The position numbers were made by a program, and so were the translations under genes. DNA of 64,000 nt from Candidatus Helarchaeota archaeon (GTDB lineage Archaea; Asgardarchaeota; Lokiarchaeia; Helarchaeales; RDOG01), in assembly GCA_019058315.1 (NCBI GenBank), contig JAHPZH010000003.1, positions 268,451-332,450 on the forward strand. The letters run 5' to 3'. Shown here piece by piece: positions 56,228 through 64,000 of this stretch (within the stretch, counting starts at the first letter, position 1; each line of letters opens with the position of its first letter). The notes below the pieces were generated by a model. That model did not search any database and had not been told where the DNA came from. It was given only the letters and a program-made list of their open reading frames with translations.

Positions 56228-58276
56228 TTATTTTCTAATCTTATATTCATTAACAAAGGTCTTTATTTTTTCTATTTCGTTAGTATTTAATCCATAAATT
56301 TGATATATTCTGGTGTTTAATTCTTCCATCAAAGAATCTATTTGCGATTTTATTTCATCTTGCTTAATCTCAGTAATTTCAAATTTATCTTTATTTAATT
56401 TGATAATTTTAGAGACAATATTAGAAATAAAATCGATATCTATTTCAGAAGCAGGAAATATAGGTAAATTTAAAATATGCGAGCTATTAATTGAGAAATA
56501 TCCTCCTCTAACTTTTATTGATGGGTTTTTATGAAAGAAGTAAGCATTTATTAAATCCGAATTAATTACGCCCACTAAAAATTTTGGATCATATCGATTT
56601 TGAATAATGGAATAAACACCAACAAAAACATAACCTTCTTCATCAATAGCTGCTGTCAGTCTAGTATCATTCCCACGAATTAGAATTTTAGGAGTAATTT
56701 GAAAATTTTTCCATTTTTGAACAGGCATTGCCTTCTGATGATATTTAAAATAGGGAGTTTCATAAGAATTTCTAAAAGAATTGATGGATATTCCCCAATT
56801 AATGCAAAAAGGTGAAATATTTCTACATACAATATACTTTAAATATTTATTATGTTTGGGAAGTTTATCTGTTACGTAATTCTTCCAACTATGATAATAT
56901 TTCGCCCTAGGAGTGCCACAAAAGATATTATTTTTTTTAACAAAATCTCGAATTTTAGGTAATTTTTCAAGTTTTGTTTCCACAATATCATAAATTTCAT
57001 CTACATTAATATAAATTCGCGATTTAGGCGAGTTTGCAAAGTTTAACTGATTTATTTTTTTATGAAATATATTAGACGATTTTTTAATGTGTTTGAAATT
57101 ATTATTAAGTCTTCCACGAATTTGATATACGTCAATTTCATTATTATAGAACCGAACAATCTTCTTTGAAGTAATAAGTGGTTCTTCAACTTTTTTTAAT
57201 GTGAAAATTATAGGATAGGTACTTGCTTTAAATACCTCACATCTTGAAATATCAAGTAATTCGATTAGGTGTGTGTTATTTAATAATAAATATCGTAAAT
57301 ATTCAGCATATTCCCTAACTAAAAATTTATCAGGAACTATAAATGACAACAGACCGTATTTTTTAAGTAACTTCAGAGCCAATTCAATAAAGCAAATATA
57401 AATATCAAAATCCATTTTTGGCGATATATATGTGGATTTTAAATAATTTTTTAATGCAGGATCTTGCTTATGAACACGAATATAAGGTGGATTTCCAACA
57501 ATCGCATCGAATCCTTCATTATATAGAAAAACTTCCGGAAATTCTAGAACCCAATTAAAAATTTTATATTTCCAATCTTTTACATTAAAAAATTTGCTTA
57601 AACTCGAACTATAACGTTTATTCAATGGATCTTGAACATTTTTAATTTCTTTTTTTAATTTCTGATTGTCTTTGAAGGATTTATCCAGGCTTTTCAATCT
57701 AGTCCGTTTATTTAGAATTTCTTTTAGGTTTTTATCTTCGGTCATATTTATTTTGAAATTATTGGGAAATACAAGAGAATTTCCTATTTTAATGTTTAAA
57801 TTCATTAGAACTAAAACATTAATATTAATTTCTTTATTTAATTCTGTCTTTAACTTTAAACAAGCTTCTTTAATGGCCTTTTCATCCTTATCGACGCCAT
57901 ATATATTGTTATATATTGCATATAATCCAGGATATTGAATTTTTTCTGAATTATCTCTCATATATTTTTGAGGACTCTGTTCAATTAAAAATTCTAATTT
58001 TTCATTATAAGAAAGATAAAAATCACGCATAATTTTAAATATCTCTAGTAAAAATATTCCGTTTCCGCAAGCCGGGTCAAGAAATTTTAATTTTTTGGCT
58101 TTTAGAAGAATTAAATTTAATTCTTTTGGATTTTTACTTGAACTTAGTTCTTCGTGTAATTTGTTTATTAAGGATCCAACAGTATTTTTTACAATATATT
58201 TTGCAATATAAGTCGGTGTATAATAAATTCCATGAAATTTACGAACGAGGGTATGATCCTCATTTAATTCTTTCAA
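56228..58276 (-). CDS. N6-adenine DNA methyltransferase (Eco57I/TaqI-like) with C-terminal TRD; no nuclease domain recognised
   Basis: GIYYTP, LDPACGNGIFL, IYGVD, GNSL, FDAIVGNPPY and INS.LI; C-terminal IYQIYGL. Confidence 0.92.
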   Translation of the reverse strand: MKELNEDHTLVRKFHGIYYTPTYIAKYIVKNTVGSLINKLHEELSSSKNPKELNLILLKAKKLKFLDPACGNGIFLLEIFKIMRDFYLSYNEKLEFLIEQSPQKYMRDNSEKIQYPGLYAIYNNIYGVDKDEKAIKEACLKLKTELNKEININVLVLMNLNIKIGNSLVFPNNFKINMTEDKNLKEILNKRTRLKSLDKSFKDNQKLKKEIKNVQDPLNKRYSSSLSKFFNVKDWKYKIFNWVLEFPEVFLYNEGFDAIVGNPPYIRVHKQDPALKNYLKSTYISPKMDFDIYICFIELALKLLKKYGLLSFIVPDKFLVREYAEYLRYLLLNNTHLIELLDISRCEVFKASTYPIIFTLKKVEEPLITSKKIVRFYNNEIDVYQIRGRLNNNFKHIKKSSNIFHKKINQLNFANSPKSRIYINVDEIYDIVETKLEKLPKIRDFVKKNNIFCGTPRAKYYHSWKNYVTDKLPKHNKYLKYIVCRNISPFCINWGISINSFRNSYETPYFKYHQKAMPVQKWKNFQITPKILIRGNDTRLTAAIDEEGYVFVGVYSIIQNRYDPKFLVGVINSDLINAYFFHKNPSIKVRGGYFSINSSHILNLPIFPASEIDIDFISNIVSKIIKLNKDKFEITEIKQDEIKSQIDSLMEELNTRIYQIYGLNTNEIEKIKTFVNEYKIRK

Positions 58277-58309
58277 TCTAATTTTTCCATGGTAAAAATT
58301 AAAAATTGA

Positions 58310-59410
58310 TTACATTGGCACATATTTATGAAATAAATCAAGAGCTAATCCTTTGATTTCTTCAACTCCAATAATCCGCATATTTATATCAGGCGATTCT
58401 TGAACATCACTGACGGCTTTTTGTGCTCGATTTATAAAATTTTCAAGGTCTTTATTAGACATATCGTCTAATATATTGTCGAATCTTGCCATTCCAATCG
58501 CGGCTTGGTAAGCTCCTGCACCTTGTTGAATTCCTTGCCAATGAGTAACAAGGACTTCTATCTCTTCAATTTGTTGACTAATTATAAACCAGTCAAAAAG
58601 AATTCTTATACGATCTTTTTTCTTTGCTTCTTTGAAAATTCGAATTATCCTGTCTAATCTATCAGGATGAATTCGTTTCATGACTTCTAAACCTGTAATT
58701 TGTGCTTCGGGATGTACTTTTGCATTTTTTATTATTTTTTCAATTACCCTCATTTTTTCCATTACTTCTTCTCTTCTATGTGCAAGAATTTGATCTGGAC
58801 GTTTATCAGGAGGGGGTTTAACAGGAATCTTTGGTTCTGAAGGAATAGAATCATCATCATCTGGTATCGTGGGAGAAGAAAATGGAACATCATTTGGTTC
58901 TTCTATAGTGGGAGAGGGGTAGGTAGGAGGCTCGCTTGATTCAGGAGCGGGCGGGACTGATATTGGTTTTTGTGTTCTTACTGGAGGTCTTATTCCTAAT
59001 GCCACTTGTAGAGATTTTAGGCTCATTTGGCTTAAATTTACCAATTTATTAATATCTTCAATTCCCATAAGTCTTTCATTAATTTCGTTCTTTAGATCAG
59101 GTCCAACATATTCTTCATGGATATTTACTAAAATTCCTGCAATAATATCTTGCTTTTCATCATAATTGCTTGGAAGAACAGCAACTTCATATATCCGTTG
59201 TTCAATATTTGCAATAATATCTTCAGGATTAGAATTTTCAATTATTTCAGCAATTTCTGAAGCAGATACATTTGAATCTTGGTAAATTAATCCAAATATT
59301 GTGTCTAAATCATCAATTGATAACCTATACAGTAAAGCTTTATCTACTTCTAGTTTATTTTTAATCGCTAAAACGACGTCTTCTTTTGCTCCAAATTCGT
59401 CATCGGACAT
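58310..59410 (-). CDS. Hypothetical protein with central proline-rich linker
   Basis: 366-aa ORF with Pro/Ser/acidic linker between two helical regions. Confidence 0.8.
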   Translation of the reverse strand: MSDDEFGAKEDVVLAIKNKLEVDKALLYRLSIDDLDTIFGLIYQDSNVSASEIAEIIENSNPEDIIANIEQRIYEVAVLPSNYDEKQDIIAGILVNIHEEYVGPDLKNEINERLMGIEDINKLVNLSQMSLKSLQVALGIRPPVRTQKPISVPPAPESSEPPTYPSPTIEEPNDVPFSSPTIPDDDDSIPSEPKIPVKPPPDKRPDQILAHRREEVMEKMRVIEKIIKNAKVHPEAQITGLEVMKRIHPDRLDRIIRIFKEAKKKDRIRILFDWFIISQQIEEIEVLVTHWQGIQQGAGAYQAAIGMARFDNILDDMSNKDLENFINRAQKAVSDVQESPDINMRIIGVEEIKGLALDLFHKYVPM

Positions 59411-59548
59411 TAGATTACCTTATAAGTTATCTGTAAATTAATAGTGCTGATTATATTTAAAAATTAAGATTTCTAAAAATTTAACATTTTGGTTTCATTT
59501 TCCCATTTATTATAACAGAAATCATGATTATTATTTTATTATTAATGT

Positions 59549-60826
59549 TTAAACAGGGTTTTCATGTGTAAAATGCTTATACATATCATTAAAGGTATCT
59601 TTATCATAAGTTTCTTGAAGTTTTTTAACCATTTCTAATTGAAAAATTTCTGAATGATATAAATATTTAATTTCTTTAATTTTTTTAGCTTCTTGATATA
59701 ATTTTTTCATAATTGTTTCATCATTTAAAACATCGACAACAGCCTTTGAGAACTCGTCAAGATATGAAGAATGATAATAAAAATGGTGAGTAAATCGAGA
59801 GTCTAATAAGAATGGAAGATATATCTCACGATTCCATATTTTTTCATAACGCCCTAAATATGCAGCTGAGAGATTTTTACGAGAAATCGCCTTTAGAATT
59901 ACCTTCGCTGCAATTTTACCGGATTTTCTAGCATAATAAATACCTTCATAGTTCATCCTATTTACGAATCCTGCAGCATCACCAATAACTAAAGTTCGGG
60001 GATAGTATGTATACTCAATAATTCTATCAGGAATGGGTGCCGCCCAATAATGGCGATCTTCTATTAATAATGGTTTTGCTCCTTGTAAACGAGGTGAAAT
60101 TGTGGGATGTGATTCAATTATTTTTTTAAGTCTTTCTACTTTAACAAAATAGTCTAACACACCCACAGTTAATCCTCCAGGTTTCGTAAAAATCCAAGCG
60201 TATCCATGTGAAGCTATCCCTTTTGCATCCCAATAAATTTCAATATCTCCTCCTCCAAAACGTTCTTCAATTATACTATCTGCTATGGTAAATTCAGCTT
60301 GTACACAATTTACAGTTTCTCTCGGATATTCTACACCTAAAGATCGTTGTATTTTTGATGACGAGAGACCTGTTGCTATTATTAAGAAATCAGAAAGATA
60401 AGTCTTCTTTTCTCCTGTTTTTGTTATTGTTTCAACTTCTATTCTATCATTAAATCTATTAGCTGAAAGTGCTTCAGTTTCAGTATAAAGCTCAGCACCA
60501 GCAGATTGTGCACTTTCGGCAAGGAATCGGTCATATTCGGTCCTATAAACTAAAGTCCCAAATGTTTCACCATCGTGAATTGGTTTCATTTTTCCAATTT
60601 TATCTTTTGTTCCAATTAAAACTTGATTTATCGATTGTTGACGAACGGAATTTGGTAATTTACCAAACTCCTTTTCATTATCACCTAGTAAACCCCCAGC
60701 ACACGGTTTATAACGACCTATTGCTGACTTTTCAAGTAATATAACATGTGCACCATTTTTAGCTAATTCAATAGCACATGTTGATCCAGCTGGTCCTGCT
60801 CCAACTATTATAGCATCTACTTTCAT
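59549..60826 (-). CDS. Geranylgeranyl reductase family FAD oxidoreductase
   Basis: VGAGPAG, KPCAGG, R.EYDRFL, GYAWIF and IGDAAGFVN...EGI. Confidence 0.9.
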   Translation of the reverse strand: MKVDAIIVGAGPAGSTCAIELAKNGAHVILLEKSAIGRYKPCAGGLLGDNEKEFGKLPNSVRQQSINQVLIGTKDKIGKMKPIHDGETFGTLVYRTEYDRFLAESAQSAGAELYTETEALSANRFNDRIEVETITKTGEKKTYLSDFLIIATGLSSSKIQRSLGVEYPRETVNCVQAEFTIADSIIEERFGGGDIEIYWDAKGIASHGYAWIFTKPGGLTVGVLDYFVKVERLKKIIESHPTISPRLQGAKPLLIEDRHYWAAPIPDRIIEYTYYPRTLVIGDAAGFVNRMNYEGIYYARKSGKIAAKVILKAISRKNLSAAYLGRYEKIWNREIYLPFLLDSRFTHHFYYHSSYLDEFSKAVVDVLNDETIMKKLYQEAKKIKEIKYLYHSEIFQLEMVKKLQETYDKDTFNDMYKHFTHENPV

Positions 60827-60837
60827 ATTAAAATCCG

Positions 60838-61797
60838 TTAACTGTTAAGTTTTTGAATTATTTCCTCAGCTTCTTTCATAATCCGATCGAAATACTCTTT
60901 AACTGTTGGTATATCGTTTGCTAAACCTATACTTTGACTACAAGAGATGATACCTGCATCTATATTTCCTTCATCGTACATTTCTTTCGTTTTAGTTCCT
61001 GCAGCAGCATTAAAAACCTCATTTTGCTTGCCAGCTTTCTCTAATTCAAGCACTTTTTGTGCTGCCTTATTAGTCCATACACGATGAGTTGCATTAACAG
61101 ATTTCATAACAAGACAAGTGTCATAAATTCCGGCTTTTAGAAGAGCATTTTTCAAATTTTCATGAATTGGACATTCTTTTGTGAGAAGAAGACGAGAGCC
61201 TATTAATGCAGCTTGCGCACCTAAGCTTAATACCGCAACTACACCCCTTCCATCCGCGATGCCGCCACCTGCTACAATAGGGATTTTTAAAGCATCTACT
61301 GATGCGGGAGTTAATACCATAGTTCCAATATCAAACCGACCAGTCGCACCACCATTTTCGTATCCAACAACTTCTACAATATCAGCTCCGAGTTTTTCTG
61401 CTGTTAATGCATAACGAATACCAGCACATTTATGGATCCAGGTTACATTATTTTCTTTAAAGAGAGGAACATACTTTTCAGGGGCTTTATGACCCGATGT
61501 TTCAATAATTTTAACTCCCTCTTCGATCATAACCTTCACTAGGTCTATCTGCTTTACCGGCATGAGCATTGGGAATAGATTTACGTTAACAGCAAATGGT
61601 TTATCCGTCAAAGCTTGAAGCTGATTAATTGCTTTCCTTAATGGTTCAGGTTTACGATACATAACTGAAGCAAGAATTCCAAGTGCTCCTGCATTAGAAC
61701 ATGCAGCGGCGAATTCTGGATTTGTTACATTCATCATATTACCTGCAAATATAGGATATTTTAGATTCAGCATCTCAGTAACTTTTGTTTTTAACAT
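60838..61797 (-). CDS. Nitronate monooxygenase/FabK-like flavin oxidoreductase
   Basis: SNAGALGIL, TDKPFAVN, GYENGG and PIVAGGGIADGRG..A.L.LGA. Confidence 0.9.
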   Translation of the reverse strand: MLKTKVTEMLNLKYPIFAGNMMNVTNPEFAAACSNAGALGILASVMYRKPEPLRKAINQLQALTDKPFAVNVNLFPMLMPVKQIDLVKVMIEEGVKIIETSGHKAPEKYVPLFKENNVTWIHKCAGIRYALTAEKLGADIVEVVGYENGGATGRFDIGTMVLTPASVDALKIPIVAGGGIADGRGVVAVLSLGAQAALIGSRLLLTKECPIHENLKNALLKAGIYDTCLVMKSVNATHRVWTNKAAQKVLELEKAGKQNEVFNAAAGTKTKEMYDEGNIDAGIISCSQSIGLANDIPTVKEYFDRIMKEAEEIIQKLNS

Positions 61798-61961
61798 TTT
61801 ATCACATCCATTTACCTAACTCATAATAGAAATAATATTTTTTTTTTAATGATTTAATTATTTACAAAAAAGCTAGATTTCTTAAATAATTTTGAATATT
61901 AAAATAAACAAGGTTTTAATAATTATATAAATTAGGAATCTAATTAATAAATATTTATAAT

Positions 61962-63065
61962 GTGAGTATTTTGAGCGAAAGTGAAGATGTTTACAGAAAG
62001 TTACAGAAACATCTCGATACAGGACCTATTGGGTTTCCCCCTGCTAAATCAGGATCGGATATTCGACTATTAAAAGCTTTCTTTAATCCTAAAGAGGCGG
62101 AATTTGCGACTAAATTAAGTTTCTTCCCTTCAAACCTAAAAAGTATTTATAGAAAAACAAAAAAGCAAGGAATGTCCCTTGAGGAAACCAAAGACATGTT
62201 AGATAACTTAGTAAAAAAAGGTCTTATTTTTCATGCTGATATTCCCGAAGCTGGTGAAAGATTATATTTAAATGCACCACTTGCCGTCGGATTCTACGAA
62301 CTTAATGTTAATAGACTCACAAAAGAAAGAGCTGAAGCTTTCGAGGAATACTTGAATGAAGAATTTATTGATGAATATAATACATCTGGAATTCCTCAAA
62401 TACGTACTATACCAATCAACGCCGCCGTTACTAAAGAGAATAAGGTTATGACATATGATGATGTTAGACAACTAATTGAAACGCATAAAGGTCCATACTC
62501 GGTACAAGAATGCATCTGTACGCAAGAAAAAGAAATCCTTGGAACGAAATGCAAGCACAGTCTTACAGAAAGATGTCTATCAAATAGCCAAACATCGATT
62601 GACCGGGGCGACGCACGCGAACTCAGTAAGGAAGAAATATTTGACCTTCTAAAGAAAGCGGAAGAAGATGGCCTAGTAATTCAACCAGGAAACTTCAAAG
62701 AACCTGGATTTTTCTGCTTATGTTGCAGTTGTTGCTGTGGTATTCTTTCTAATGTTAAGAACCTTGACAAACCATCTCAATATTTTGCGACAAATTATTA
62801 TTCAGAAGTAGACGCAGATCTATGTTCTGGTTGCGGTACCTGTGCAGATCGTTGCCCAATGGATGCGATAACCATTGAAGATGTCTCAACCATTAATCGC
62901 GATCGTTGCATTGGTTGTGGTATATGTGTGCCTTCGTGTCCTGAGGAAGCAATTCATCTCCGAAATAAAGAAGAAATTACTGAGCCTCCAAAAGATTTAA
63001 TGGATTTATGGTTAAAGATTGGAAATAAAAAAGCAGAATTACAAAAAGCAGCAAAAAATCAATAA
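61962..63065 (+). CDS. 4Fe-4S dicluster domain protein
   Basis: CIC, CLCCSCCC, CSGCGTCADRCP and CIGCGICVPSCP. Confidence 0.88.
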   Translation: MSILSESEDVYRKLQKHLDTGPIGFPPAKSGSDIRLLKAFFNPKEAEFATKLSFFPSNLKSIYRKTKKQGMSLEETKDMLDNLVKKGLIFHADIPEAGERLYLNAPLAVGFYELNVNRLTKERAEAFEEYLNEEFIDEYNTSGIPQIRTIPINAAVTKENKVMTYDDVRQLIETHKGPYSVQECICTQEKEILGTKCKHSLTERCLSNSQTSIDRGDARELSKEEIFDLLKKAEEDGLVIQPGNFKEPGFFCLCCSCCCGILSNVKNLDKPSQYFATNYYSEVDADLCSGCGTCADRCPMDAITIEDVSTINRDRCIGCGICVPSCPEEAIHLRNKEEITEPPKDLMDLWLKIGNKKAELQKAAKNQ

Positions 63066-63077
63066 TATTTTTTTTAA

Positions 63078-64000
63078 TCATACTTTCTTTGGGGGCAGAA
63101 TTTTACCCTTAAGAATAGGATCATTCGTATTTTCCAACCAATCATTTAGTCTCTTTCTTAGCTCTTTAGCAATATGATCATAAGCAGGATCATTAATCAA
63201 ATTAGTAATTTCATTAGGATCTTTTTTAAGATCATATAATTCTTCATCCAGTCTTGGTTTTTCATAAATTTCTTTCATAATTTTGTTTATTAATTTCCCC
63301 GTTCGAAGTTGATAAGCCATATCTGCAGGTACCTCAAATGCAGTTTCACACTTTTCAAAATTACGAATAAACTTATAATTCTCCGTCCGAATTCCCCGCA
63401 TTGGATCATATTTATCATGCCAAGTTTTTTCAACAAATATCTCTTTTCGAAATATCTTTTTCTCATTTTTTAGAACAGATAGAAAGCTCTTTCCAGCAAT
63501 ATTTTTTGGTATATCCCCACCAATAAAATCGAGAATAGTCGGGAGTAAATCAATATTACTTATCATACTTTCGATTACTTTTCCTCCAGAAAGCAAGTTT
63601 GATTCAGGAAGAGACATTATAAGAGCAGTTTTTGTTCCAGGATCGTACAATGTACATTTTGCCCTTGGAAAAGGGATTCCATGATCTGTAGTAAAAATAA
63701 ATAGCGTATTATTTTTCAATCCATACGTTTCTAAATTATTAATTATATTACCTATCATCTTATCTACGGAATGTATAGAACCATAAAATTCAGCGAAATC
63801 TTTCCTAACTTCGGGATGATCTGGTAGAAAGGGGGGTATTATAACCTTTTTAGGATCATCGGGGACCCCAAATGGTTCGAACGGAATGTGAACTTCAAAT
63901 GTTCCTATGCATGTATAAAAAGGGTTTTCATCATCTTTATGCTTTAATAAAAATTTTGGAATTTTATCAATTTTGTTCTTGGTATCATACCCTAGAGTAC
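63078..64000 (-). CDS. Sulfatase (C-terminal part; N-terminus outside the window)
   Basis: The frame stays open past the tracked ATG at 63758 to the edge (...PFYTCIGTFEVHIPF...PPFLPDHPEVRKDFAEFYGSIHSVD). TTDHG.PFPRAKCTLYDPG, DLLPT and ELYDLKKDPNE. Confidence 0.9.
   Translation of the reverse strand, partial: TLGYDTKNKIDKIPKFLLKHKDDENPFYTCIGTFEVHIPFEPFGVPDDPKKVIIPPFLPDHPEVRKDFAEFYGSIHSVDKMIGNIINNLETYGLKNNTLFIFTTDHGIPFPRAKCTLYDPGTKTALIMSLPESNLLSGGKVIESMISNIDLLPTILDFIGGDIPKNIAGKSFLSVLKNEKKIFRKEIFVEKTWHDKYDPMRGIRTENYKFIRNFEKCETAFEVPADMAYQLRTGKLINKIMKEIYEKPRLDEELYDLKKDPNEITNLINDPAYDHIAKELRKRLNDWLENTNDPILKGKILPPKKV

Overview
AT-rich archaeal chromosomal segment, most likely from an Asgard archaeon of the Helarchaeota/Helarchaeales type. 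This assignment is inferred from a divergent methyl/alkyl-coenzyme M reductase occurring together with Asgard-style longin/uDENN-like, RING, SDS22-type LRR and SCP2 proteins. The main feature is a complete but scattered alkyl-CoM reductase (Acr/Mcr) gene set. mcrD-mcrC lie at 30.7-31.8 kb, mcrB-mcrG at 43.3-45.5 kb, and mcrA is on the opposite strand at 48.1-49.9 kb. A CoA-disulfide-reductase/rhodanese/TusA/rhodanese fusion sits between the convergent mcrBG and mcrA. McrA carries alkane-type active-site substitutions plus unusual losses (Tyr333, His257 and Arg270 equivalents). Nearby are FixC/FixX, GlcD/HdrD-like, FabG, FabK/NMO, GGR-family and SCP2 genes, and a tauE-RHH-sat-AlkP-cysC sulfate-activation operon. 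The window also holds a three-gene LRR cluster with constant frameworks and variable faces, a degenerate group II chaperonin, an AT-hook protein and an orphan DNA adenine methyltransferase. A >=1319-aa secreted double beta-propeller protein at the left edge was missed by the ORF track. No rRNA, tRNA, CRISPR array or transposase was recognised. All family calls come from motif recognition by eye, not from database searches.
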